From assembly GCA_051746405.1 (NCBI GenBank), contig JBNJFB010000031.1:1-27607 (forward strand): a stretch of DNA of 27,607 bases, in the 5' to 3' direction. Below are positions 18,233 through 26,953 of this stretch, piece after piece. The notes under the pieces were generated by a model. It was not told the DNA's origin. It searched no databases and saw only the letters and a list, made by a program, of their open reading frames with translations. How positions within the stretch are numbered: the stretch's first letter is position 1; every line of letters starts with the position of its first letter. Source of the stretch: Campylobacterota bacterium (GTDB lineage Bacteria > Campylobacterota > Campylobacteria > Campylobacterales > Arcobacteraceae). The position numbers and the translations under genes are program-made.

Positions 18233-18895
18233 ATGGGAAATAGAGATTTAAATATTTTACAACAGTTTAACGTACTATATCTTGAAGATGATGAGAGCTT
18301 ATTACAACACACAACTGATGTGTTAGAGGATTTTGTAAATAATATTTTTGCAGTAAAAACCTCAACTGAAGCTTTAGATGTGATACTAAACAATAAAATA
18401 GATATAATAGTCTCTGATATTTTACTTAAAAATGAAAATAGTATAGATTTTTTAAAGCACCTAAAATCAAAAAATATCAATACTCCTATAATACTAACAA
18501 CGGCACATACAGACACAAAATACTTACTAGATGCAATAAAATTAAAAGTAGAAAACTATATAGTAAAACCTATAAATATCAAAGAGTTATTAAACACACT
18601 TCATGATGTTTTATTGCCTCAAGTTCAAAAAAAAGAGATAAACAGAAATATAAATGTAATAAAAACAATATCTGCAATAACAGATAGCAAACAAGTAGAT
18701 GTGATAAAATTTGTAATTAATAATTTAGATGAACAAAATCTGTTTACATCATCTTATAATGATATTATGGAAGAGATATCTATCTCAAAACCCACCTTAA
18801 TAAAACTTTTTAAGCAATTAGCTCAAAAAGAGATTTTAATAAAAGTTCAGCATAAGACTTATAGATTTAATGAAGCATCATTGGAACATATCTAA
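18233..18895 (+). CDS. Response regulator with a non-OmpR-type C-terminal winged HTH
   Basis: Receiver domain: LYLEDD, IIVSDI (phospho-Asp), ILTTA, YIVKP. Output domain: SYNDIMEEISISKPTLIKLFKQLAQKEIL. Confidence 0.92.
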   Translation: MGNRDLNILQQFNVLYLEDDESLLQHTTDVLEDFVNNIFAVKTSTEALDVILNNKIDIIVSDILLKNENSIDFLKHLKSKNINTPIILTTAHTDTKYLLDAIKLKVENYIVKPINIKELLNTLHDVLLPQVQKKEINRNINVIKTISAITDSKQVDVIKFVINNLDEQNLFTSSYNDIMEEISISKPTLIKLFKQLAQKEILIKVQHKTYRFNEASLEHI

Positions 18896-18988
18896 TATAC
18901 ATTCATAAATAATTTTTTTATTAAAACTTATAAAGCATCTTTTAGATAAAATAAAATACATTACAATATATCTAAAGGCTATTTTATT

Positions 18989-19117
18989 ATGACACTATTC
19001 CAAAAGTCAGTTTTAAATTCAATTTCACAAGATGAAAGTAAAGTTGCTCTTAGGTAGGCTGAATATCAAAAATATTTAGAAGAACCTAGATGGGAAAAAA
19101 TAAAGAATTATGGTTAA
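18989..19117 (+). pseudogene. Remnant of a probable type IIG (Eco57I-like) restriction-modification gene 5' end
   Basis: AAAGG RBS, then MTLFQKSVLNSISQDESKVALR*AEYQKYLEEPRWEKIKNYG* with an internal TAG at 19055-19057. It resembles the LFQKSVL..VALRWAEYQKY N-terminus I recall for these enzymes (unverified). Confidence 0.5.
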
Positions 19118-19153
19118 TTAAGGGATGATTTTTTTTTAAAATAGGAAATTAAA

Positions 19154-20821
19154 ATGATTATAAACAAAAGAAATATTTTAACAAAATACGAAAATAGTAC
19201 CATAGAATATAAGAGTTTAAGAAAAGTTATTGGAAAAAGTTCTGATTTGAAAGACTTGGCTAAAACTTGTGCATGCTTAGCAAATACTCAAGGTGGTTAT
19301 TTATTTATAGGAATTGAAGACAAAAATAAGCTTCCACCAAAAGAGCAAAAAATAGACCAAGAACAAATGAACCAAGTTATAAAAAAACTAAGAAGCCTTA
19401 CAGATAGTGTTGGACTTGTAAACCCTGAGATCCAAATTCACGAAAATGGTGGAGAGTTTTTTACTATACAAATTTATCCGTCGATGAAAACTATTGCTAC
19501 AACAAGTGATGGAAGAGTTTTTGTAAGAGTTGGGGATGAGTGCGTACCCATAAAAGGTGAAGAGCTTACTAGACTAGCTCATGAGAAGGGAGCGTTTCAA
19601 TGGGAACTTGTAGTTACAAAAACTCATATTTCAAAAGTAGACATTCAAAACATAAATAAATTTATTAATGAAATCAAGACTTCTGATAGAGTAAGTGACT
19701 TTATAAAAAACCTTAATGATATTGAAATATTAGAATATTATAAATTGCTTGATGATGGATTTTTAACAAACTTAGGGGTTCTATGGTTAGGAGATTTCAA
19801 GCAACGTTCTAAACTTAACTATCCTATTACTGTACAATATATTGTTTATGATAAAGATGAAAAAAAGATTAGAAAAATTGATTGGAATCTAAATCAATTT
19901 AACCCAAAGGAGCTATTACTTGAAATTGAAAAAGAGGCTATTGAGCTAAACTATAGTTTTGAATTACCTGATGGGATGTTTAGAAAACAAATAAGACACT
20001 ATGCAAAAGATGTTGTAAGAGAGTTACTTGTCAATGCTTTTGTTCATAAATCTTTTACTATCTCAGGGGATATTTTTGTATCTCTTTATAAAGATAGATT
20101 AGAGATAAAAAGTCCTGGAGGTTTACCTCTTGGAGTTACAAAAAATAATATTTTACATCAAGTTCAAAGAAGGAATCCTCATCTTATAGATACTTTTAAA
20201 GCTTTAAATCTTATGGAAAGTGAAGGAAGTGGATATGATCTTATTTATGAAAAGCTAAGTCTTGATGGAAAATCATATCCTAAAATAGAGAGTGATATAA
20301 ATTATGTACAAATTACTATATATTCAAACATAATAGATAATACTATATTACAAATCATTGATTACATTTCAAAACATTATGAATTAAACCAAAAAGAAAT
20401 TATATCTCTTGGAGCAGTTATACGAAGTAAAAAAATCTCAGGATATGAACTTTCAAAACTACTTCAACTTGGTGACGATAGATTAAGAAATTGGGTAGAG
20501 AACCTTGTAAATAAAAATATTGTAATTACAGAGGGAAAAACAAAAGGTTTGATGTATATGATTAATCCAAAAATATTATCATCAGTTGAACACGACTTAA
20601 AACCTAGTTTAAAAACAATGGAAGAACCACATCTTAAAGCACTCATAAAAGAAGATTTAAAATTACATCCAAAAAGTAAAATATCTGAAATACATAAAAG
20701 AATGAATGATTTAGACATAAGTTACTTAAGAAGAGTTGTTTATAGAATGGTTGAAAAAAATGAAATACAAAGAGAAGGTGAAAAGAAAAACATGGTTTAT
20801 TTTTTGGTAAATAAAAAATAA
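19154..20821 (+). CDS. Schlafen/AlbA_2-domain protein with HATPase_c_4 (RecG-C-like) and C-terminal wHTH domains
   Basis: ENSTIEYK (ExxxxExK), ACLANTQGGYLFIGIED, VRELLVNAFVH, DRLEIKSPGGL, RNP and ESEGSG. Confidence 0.85.
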   Translation: MIINKRNILTKYENSTIEYKSLRKVIGKSSDLKDLAKTCACLANTQGGYLFIGIEDKNKLPPKEQKIDQEQMNQVIKKLRSLTDSVGLVNPEIQIHENGGEFFTIQIYPSMKTIATTSDGRVFVRVGDECVPIKGEELTRLAHEKGAFQWELVVTKTHISKVDIQNINKFINEIKTSDRVSDFIKNLNDIEILEYYKLLDDGFLTNLGVLWLGDFKQRSKLNYPITVQYIVYDKDEKKIRKIDWNLNQFNPKELLLEIEKEAIELNYSFELPDGMFRKQIRHYAKDVVRELLVNAFVHKSFTISGDIFVSLYKDRLEIKSPGGLPLGVTKNNILHQVQRRNPHLIDTFKALNLMESEGSGYDLIYEKLSLDGKSYPKIESDINYVQITIYSNIIDNTILQIIDYISKHYELNQKEIISLGAVIRSKKISGYELSKLLQLGDDRLRNWVENLVNKNIVITEGKTKGLMYMINPKILSSVEHDLKPSLKTMEEPHLKALIKEDLKLHPKSKISEIHKRMNDLDISYLRRVVYRMVEKNEIQREGEKKNMVYFLVNKK

Positions 20822-20957
20822 AATTTAAATAAATTAAAAAACAAATTTTCAAAAAGTACCTTTTTAAGGCTTTTTTAGAATATTTTTTTATTTTTCACGA
20901 AAACAAATAAACAATAAAAAAGAAACAAGCAAATAAAACACTTAACTACAAGATAAA

Positions 20958-22454
20958 CTAGTTTAATTCGTATCCACAAGTTAAAATTGTCTCTTTTGCT
21001 CTTAGGTAATCTCTTACTTTTTTAGAAATTAAATCAATAGCAATATTCAAAATAGCTGTGAAAAATAGTAAAATAACCACTTTATCTATTCTAATCTCTG
21101 ATATTGCTGAATCTATATAAAAACCTAAAGTAGTAATACCTAGTATACCTAAGATAGCCGACTCTCTCATAATAACTTCCCACCTATAAAATAAAAAAGC
21201 TAAAAATGAATTATATAACTTTGGTAACACTTCATAAAAATATAGATTTAGATGCTTTGATTTATCAAGTACATAATCTATCTCATTTGATTGCTTACCT
21301 ATTATAAAACCTATAATTGCTCCATTGTGTAACATCAAGGCAAGTACTGCTGGAAGCATTGAAACACCAAAAACCATAAGAAATAAAAATGCCAAGATGT
21401 ATTCAGGAGTTGATCTTAAAATCACTAAAAAAATATGTGAAAAAAACCTAAAAAATTTGTTTGTAAATCTATATGAAATCAATGGAAATAATACAAGTGC
21501 TAAAATCGCTGTTGCTACCAATGAGATTTGAGTCAATACAATAGTATTTATAACCCCTGGTAACACCTCATTTGACAAAATATCAAAAAACCAAATCATC
21601 CCCTCTTTTAAGGTATAATCATTTTTTATGGGACTTGGAATAATATCTTCTATAAAAAATCTTACAAAGTTATTCATAGAAAAAGAAGCAAGTGAAAATG
21701 ACATATTTACAAATGATACTATAAATAAAATAGCTACTGTAAACTTATTAAACCAAAACCTTATAGTTGCTATTAAAATATAAAACATAATAAGCATTAG
21801 CCAAACTTCACTGTAGTAACCTTGATTAAAAGATGAAGATAGATAATACCCAAGAGTAGTAATACCTACAAATCCTAAGATTGCAGAGGATTTCATAGCA
21901 CACTCAAACCTATAAAGTGTGTATGAGACTAAATGTGGTAAGGCATTTGGTAACTTTGTATAAAAAAACAAAACTACTTTTGAGCTTCTTTTAGGAACAG
22001 TTCTTAAATCAAAGGTATCATACTCTTCTAAAATTTCATAATATACTTTTGCTAAAATTGCACTATATGGTAGTACAATAGCTAGTATAGCTGTAATAGT
22101 ATTTAGTCCAAAAATCTGTAAGAAAATAAGTGCCCAAAATATTTCATGAATAGCTCTAATGTATGCAAGAGTAACTCTAACAACTGTTATTTTAAATAAA
22201 AATGAGAATAAAAACCCAAATAAACTTGAAAAAACAATAGACAAAGTAGCAATATATATAGTTTGTAAGGTTGCATCTAATAACAAATCAAAAGAGTCAA
22301 AACTAATATCTTTAATAGCAAAAACAAACTTCTTCAACTCCAAAAATGGATCAATTGAGTAGATTCCTAAATCTGAAAAATATAAACATATAAAAAATAT
22401 AATCAAAAAAGCTAAACTTACTTTTAGCTCTTTTGATACTTTATGAAGTAACAT
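20958..22454 (-). CDS. PhnE/PtxC-family ABC permease with a duplicated domain (putative Se-oxyanion transporter)
   Basis: Two internal repeats: RAIHEIFWAL / RSTPEYILAF and YRFECAMKSSAILGFVGITTLG / YRWEVIMRESAILGILGITTLG. Confidence 0.85.
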   Translation of the reverse strand: MLLHKVSKELKVSLAFLIIFFICLYFSDLGIYSIDPFLELKKFVFAIKDISFDSFDLLLDATLQTIYIATLSIVFSSLFGFLFSFLFKITVVRVTLAYIRAIHEIFWALIFLQIFGLNTITAILAIVLPYSAILAKVYYEILEEYDTFDLRTVPKRSSKVVLFFYTKLPNALPHLVSYTLYRFECAMKSSAILGFVGITTLGYYLSSSFNQGYYSEVWLMLIMFYILIATIRFWFNKFTVAILFIVSFVNMSFSLASFSMNNFVRFFIEDIIPSPIKNDYTLKEGMIWFFDILSNEVLPGVINTIVLTQISLVATAILALVLFPLISYRFTNKFFRFFSHIFLVILRSTPEYILAFLFLMVFGVSMLPAVLALMLHNGAIIGFIIGKQSNEIDYVLDKSKHLNLYFYEVLPKLYNSFLAFLFYRWEVIMRESAILGILGITTLGFYIDSAISEIRIDKVVILLFFTAILNIAIDLISKKVRDYLRAKETILTCGYELN

Positions 22455-23100
22455 AGTAAAGCCTGTTTGTATCCTCTTTTGATATATTTTTCGTATCTTT
22501 ATCTAGTAAAATCTCACCCTCTTTTATTCCTATAACCCTATCAAAATTTTCTATTGCTAACTGTACATTATGCATCGCACAAATTATTGTTTCAAAATAG
22601 TTATTTATAAAATCTAAACTCTTTTGACAAATATACTCATCAAGTGCAGAGATAGGCTCATCTGCTAATAAAATAGGCTTACTAGAGTAGATTGATTTAG
22701 CTATTGCTACTCTTTGTTTTTGTCCACCTGAAAGATTAAAAGATTTTTTTAAAAGCTCCTCTTCTATTTCAAGCTCTTTTAAAATCTTTTTTATCTCTTC
22801 TACATCTTTTTTAAATGGTCTTAAAAGATTTATTAAGTTATAAAGCATTGGTTTTTTATCTAATCTTGCAGTATAAATATTGTGATATGCTGTAACATTA
22901 TTTACTAATCCTAAATCCTGTGGTAAATATGCACTTTCATCACTTTTTATTTCATATAATCTTTTTAGCAAAGTCGATTTTCCACTTCCACTTTTACCTA
23001 AAAGGGCGATTTTTTCGCCTTTTTTTACTTTTAGGTTGATATTTTTTAAAACTTTTTTATCTTTGTAAGATAGTGTTTCGTTTTTTAAATCAAATGGCAT
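22441..23100 (-). CDS. PhnC-like ABC ATP-binding subunit
   Basis: GKSGSGKS, LSGGQKQRVAIA, ILLADEP and AMHN motifs. Confidence 0.9.
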   Translation of the reverse strand: MPFDLKNETLSYKDKKVLKNINLKVKKGEKIALLGKSGSGKSTLLKRLYEIKSDESAYLPQDLGLVNNVTAYHNIYTARLDKKPMLYNLINLLRPFKKDVEEIKKILKELEIEEELLKKSFNLSGGQKQRVAIAKSIYSSKPILLADEPISALDEYICQKSLDFINNYFETIICAMHNVQLAIENFDRVIGIKEGEILLDKDTKNISKEDTNRLYYVTS

Positions 23101-23945
23101 TAGTCAATTAAACCTATTTTTCTAGCTGTATCTAAGATTGGCTCAAAGTCTTCACTTTTTGCTTTAATAAACTTAGTTCTTGGAAATGCATTTAAAATCT
23201 CTTTGTTGTCTAAGTTGATTAATGCTGTTTGAACTTTTTGTACAAAACCTTCACCAAAAGTTTTATTTACATCATTTCTAATTGTAAAATTATAGTCTGG
23301 ATATGCAGGAGTTTTATAGATAACTTTTACTTTTGAAGTATCAATATTACCAGCTTTTAACTCTCTATCCCAAACTTTAAAGTTTACTGCACCAACTTCA
23401 TATACACCATTTTGTACTAATGCAATTGTTTTAGAGTGATTTCCTGAGAAACCTACTTTTTCAAATACATCATTTGGAGCTTTTTCAAAAGTTTTTCTTA
23501 CAAAATACTCAGGCATTAATCTACCTGAAGTAGAACCTTTTGAACCAAAAGTAAATGTTTTACCTTCAATATTTTTGTTTAAATCCTCTGACTTTTCTAA
23601 ACCTGTACTACTGTGTGCAATAAAATAAGAGTGAAAGTTTGGATCCTCAGCACCTTGTGCAATTGCTTGTGAGTTTTTAACTAACTGTCTTGCTTTAACT
23701 CCTGATAAACCACCAAACCAAGCTAACTGTACTTGATTGTTTCTAAATGCTGCAATAGATGCTGCGTAAGATTTAACAGGAACAAACTCAACTTTTACAC
23801 CTAACTCATTTGTTAGATATGTAGCTAGCTTAGAGAACCTCTGCTTTAACTTTGTCTCATCTTGATCTGGAATTGCCGTAAACTTAAATGTCTGTGAGAA
23901 AAGTACTGATGATAGTACTACTAATGTAAAAAGAATTTTTTTCAT
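23100..23945 (-). CDS. PhnD-like periplasmic binding protein, resembling the selD-associated putative selenate-binding clade
   Basis: Signal peptide; FTAIPDQD, LAWFGGLSGV, FTFGSKGSTSGRLMP, GFSGNH and TPAYPDY; divergent from selD. Confidence 0.8.
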   Translation of the reverse strand: MKKILFTLVVLSSVLFSQTFKFTAIPDQDETKLKQRFSKLATYLTNELGVKVEFVPVKSYAASIAAFRNNQVQLAWFGGLSGVKARQLVKNSQAIAQGAEDPNFHSYFIAHSSTGLEKSEDLNKNIEGKTFTFGSKGSTSGRLMPEYFVRKTFEKAPNDVFEKVGFSGNHSKTIALVQNGVYEVGAVNFKVWDRELKAGNIDTSKVKVIYKTPAYPDYNFTIRNDVNKTFGEGFVQKVQTALINLDNKEILNAFPRTKFIKAKSEDFEPILDTARKIGLID

Positions 23946-23950
23946 AAAAA

Positions 23951-24035
23951 CCTCAAATATTTTTTTGAAGCACGAATGAAGAAATAAAGTAATAAATTAA
24001 CTTTATGTCTAGCCTAAACCTTAGGCCTATATGCT
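23951..24035 (-). promoter_or_regulatory. Candidate structured 5' leader (cis-regulatory RNA) of the transporter operon
   Basis: TATAAT at 24058-24053 gives an approximately 100-nt leader. By eye it folds into three helices plus a hairpin covering the SD. Confidence 0.45.
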
Positions 24036-24084
24036 AATTATTTTAAAATGGTATTATAAATTTATTAAACATAAACTTAAAAAA

Positions 24085-24102
24085 GGTAAAATATTTTTTA
24101 CT
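24085..24102. promoter_or_regulatory. 18-bp operator candidate, copy 2, between the divergent transporter and selD promoters
   Basis: GGTAAAATATTTTTTACT, 16/18 identical to the perfect copy. Confidence 0.65.
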
Positions 24103-24161
24103 CTTAACTCTATTTAAATACAAAAGTAGTAAAATAAACAAAAATATTAATAAGGAACTTC

Positions 24162-25199
24162 ATGGGTGATGAATACAAACTTACTAAGTTTGTTCAAGCT
24201 GCTGGGTGAGCTGCAAAGATGGGTCCGGGGGACCTAAAACAAACAATTTGCAACTTAAAACCAGATGATGACAAAATTTTAGTGGGATTTGATACAAGCG
24301 AAGATGCTAGCGTATATAAAATAAATGATGAACAAGCTATAGTGCAGACTTTAGATTTCATTACTCCTGTAATTGATGATCCATATTTATATGGTCAAAT
24401 TGCAGCTGCAAACTCTTTGTCTGATGTATTTGCTATGGGAGCTGAAGTTAAAACTGCACTTAATATAGTAGGATTTGATAAAAAAAATTTATCGTATGAA
24501 GCATTAGGTGAGATTTTAAATGGTGGAAATGATAAAATCAAAGAGTGTGGTGGAGTACTTCTTGGAGGACACACTATAGAATCACCTGAGATGTATTATG
24601 GATTATCAGTAACTGGAATGATTCATCCAAATGAAGTAATAAAAAATAATACTTCAAAAATAGGACATAGTTTAGTTTTAACAAAACCAATTGGAATGGG
24701 TATACTATCAACAGCAATAAAAAGAGATTTATTACCTAAAGAAGTGATAAAACACTGTGCAGATATTATGGCTAGTTTAAACTACTTACCATCAAAAATT
24801 ATGAGAAACTATGAAATTAGTTCTTGTACTGATATTACAGGCTTTGGACTTTTAGGTCATGCTTTAGAATCAGTAAATGATACCACTTCATTTATGATAG
24901 AGTGCTCAAATGTACCAATAGTTAAAGAATCAATTGCTTTAGCAAATGATAATGTAGTACCGGGAGGAACAAAAAGAAATATGAAATATCTTGAAGATAA
25001 AGTTTCTTATATGAGTGGATTATCAGAACACTGTAAAACACTACTTTGTGATGCACAAACATCAGGTGGACTACTTATAGCTATGAAAGACGAACATGCT
25101 AAAGAGTTTGTAAAAGAGATAAATGAGATAAGTTTTGGATATGCTTCAATAATTGGTGAGGTGATTCCTAAAGCTTCAAAAGATATTATAGTTTATTAA
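24162..25199 (+). CDS. selD: Selenide, water dikinase (selenophosphate synthetase), selenoprotein (345 aa, Sec16)
   Basis: AAGGA RBS, then ATG 24162: MGDEYKLTKFVQAAG-U-AAKMGPGDL with TGA at 24207-24209 in the UxxK motif, in frame with track ORF 24219. Also DFITP, GGHT, DITGFGLLGH and DAQTSGGLL. Confidence 0.96.
24207..24236 (+). promoter_or_regulatory. Bacterial SECIS element of selD
   Basis: UGA, 10 nt, then the hairpin UGGGUCC-GGG-GGACCUA; unusually GC-rich for this DNA. Confidence 0.8.
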
Positions 25200-26444
25200 A
25201 TGAAAAAGCAACCTTATGATCTTATTGTAATTGGTTCTGGTGCTGCTGGAATGATGTCTGCAATTACTGCAAAAAACAGATGTGAAAATATACTTTTAAT
25301 AGAACAGTTACCTACTTTAGGCTCTAAGCTTAAGGCTACAGGTGGAGGAAGATGTAATCTATCTAATACATTGGATGATTTGACCTTTATGAATTCATTT
25401 GGTAAAAATGGAAGATTTATGAGAGATGCATTAAATCTTTTTAATCATAACTCTTTGATAGATTTTCTAAGTAGTATTGGTGTTGAGACTCACATACCTG
25501 ATGGTTTTCGTATCTTTCCTGTGACTCATAACTCATCAACTATAATCAATGCACTAAAAGATGAACTTAATAGATTAAATATACAAGTTATGTGTTCTAC
25601 TAAAGTAGAAGAGTTGGTTTATGACGAAAATGAGATTATAGGTGTAAAAATATCAAATGAAACTATAAATACTCAAAATGTAATTGTAGCTACAGGTGGA
25701 CTTGGATACCCAATGCTTGGAGCAAATGGTGATGGATATGACTTTGCTTCAAAATTAGGACATAAAATAACTCCACTATATCCTGCTATGTTACCTTTAA
25801 AGACAAAAGAGACATGGGTAGCTTCTTGTAGAGCAGATACTATTGCTAAGGCTTGTATAAAAATTGATTTACCAAAAGCAAAAAAGTTAAAAGCTACTGG
25901 AGATTTGATATTTACTTCTAAAGGAATTAGAGGTCCTGTGGTACTTGACTTTGCTAGAGAGATAACACCCTTTTTAGAAAAATATGGTGAAGTTCCTATT
26001 TTGGTAAACCTAGTAAAAGGTATGAATGAAAATGATATTTTTGCATATCTAAAAAAAGAGATTCAAAAAAATCCTGATAAAAATGTGGTTGAAACCATAT
26101 CATCACTTTTACCAAATAGTGTAGCTAAAGAATTAGCACTATTAGCAGGTGCAAATATAGAAGAGAAATTTAATAAACAAAGCGGTGAAGTAAGAAACCA
26201 AATAGTAAAAATCTTAGCATGGACACCTCTTACTGTAATTGGGCATGATGGATTTAAGAAAGCTATGATAACTAGAGGTGGAGTATCCTTAAAAGATATA
26301 AACCCAAAAACTATGCAAAGCAAACATATAAAAGGTCTTTATTTTTGTGGAGAAGTTGTAGACTTAGATGGTCCTTGTGGAGGGTATAACTTACAATGGT
26401 CATTTTCTAGTGGGTATTTAGCGGGGCATCTTAAAAGTGAGTAA
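25200..26444 (+). CDS. HI0933/YhiN/BaiN-family NAD(P)/FAD-dependent flavoprotein
   Basis: IGSGAAG, KLKATGGGRCN, ATGG..YP, TRGGV and GEVVDLDGPCGGYNLQ; abuts the selD stop (TAA-ATG). Confidence 0.92.
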   Translation: MKKQPYDLIVIGSGAAGMMSAITAKNRCENILLIEQLPTLGSKLKATGGGRCNLSNTLDDLTFMNSFGKNGRFMRDALNLFNHNSLIDFLSSIGVETHIPDGFRIFPVTHNSSTIINALKDELNRLNIQVMCSTKVEELVYDENEIIGVKISNETINTQNVIVATGGLGYPMLGANGDGYDFASKLGHKITPLYPAMLPLKTKETWVASCRADTIAKACIKIDLPKAKKLKATGDLIFTSKGIRGPVVLDFAREITPFLEKYGEVPILVNLVKGMNENDIFAYLKKEIQKNPDKNVVETISSLLPNSVAKELALLAGANIEEKFNKQSGEVRNQIVKILAWTPLTVIGHDGFKKAMITRGGVSLKDINPKTMQSKHIKGLYFCGEVVDLDGPCGGYNLQWSFSSGYLAGHLKSE

Positions 26445-26458
26445 TTTAAGATATAAAT

Positions 26459-26503
26459 AAAAGCTCAAAAGACTATATAAAAATAGTCTTGCTTTGAACT
26501 TTT
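26459..26503. terminator. Probable bidirectional terminator between the flavoprotein and second csp genes
   Basis: Core AAGACTAT-ATAAAA-ATAGTCTT with an imperfect outer extension, between convergent stops. Confidence 0.6.
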
Positions 26504-26514
26504 AAGTATTAGTT

Positions 26515-26733
26515 TTAGATAGTTTCTACACTTTGAGCAAAATCACCCTTTTCATTTGTACCAACTAAAAAACTTACTTTTTGGTTCTCTTCTAATGAAA
26601 CTCTTCCATAACCACTATGATTAACTTCTCTATAGTGTACAAATACATCTTTTGCACCATCTTCTAATTGGATAAATCCAAAACCTTTTTCATCATTGAA
26701 CCATTTTACAGTTCCGTTATATCTATTTGACAT
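26515..26733 (-). CDS. Cold-shock domain protein (CspA family), second paralog
   Basis: GTVKWFN, KGFGFI and VFVHY; AAGGA RBS. Confidence 0.93.
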   Translation of the reverse strand: MSNRYNGTVKWFNDEKGFGFIQLEDGAKDVFVHYREVNHSGYGRVSLEENQKVSFLVGTNEKGDFAQSVETI

Positions 26734-26953
26734 AGAAATCCTTTTTTGTATATTACTTCTGATATGAAGTTTTAGTAAAGCTAACCAGGTTTTAAATTTT
26801 GAGAGTTAAGTGTAAACATAGATGTTGCATTAAATCAAACAAAGAAATAAGTACTAATTTTCTTTAAGTAGTGACATCATAACTGAATAAAACATAAATA
26901 GCAAGCTTTTTCAGTAATTAAGAGTTAGAATTGCTGAAGCTTTTTATCATATA

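Noticed and set aside
19055..19057. In-frame TAG as pyrrolysine or programmed readthrough
   Set aside because: No pyl genes in the window, the frame closes 20 codons later, and a TGG-to-TAG nonsense change is simpler.
20822..20957. A-rich AAACAAATAAAC-like stretch after the Schlafen-domain gene
   Set aside because: Low complexity with no regular period or stable hairpin.
20958..23945. Calling the transporter phnCDE (phosphonate uptake)
   Set aside because: No phosphonate or phosphite catabolism genes are in the window and the context points to selD, so gene symbols were withheld.
23951..24035. Leader as a known Moco/Wco, purine or c-di-GMP riboswitch
   Set aside because: The conserved core sequences of those families as I recall them are not recognisable; only an Infernal search can settle it.
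1846..26733. csp pair as the ends of a composite mobile element
   Set aside because: The paralogs are clearly diverged, and no transposase, integrase, terminal repeats or target duplication was seen.
26903..26942. Imperfect inverted repeat TCAGTAATT-9nt-AATTGCTGA between the csp and TA promoters
   Set aside because: Single copy with no assignable role; it could be an insertion boundary or an operator, but nothing supports either.
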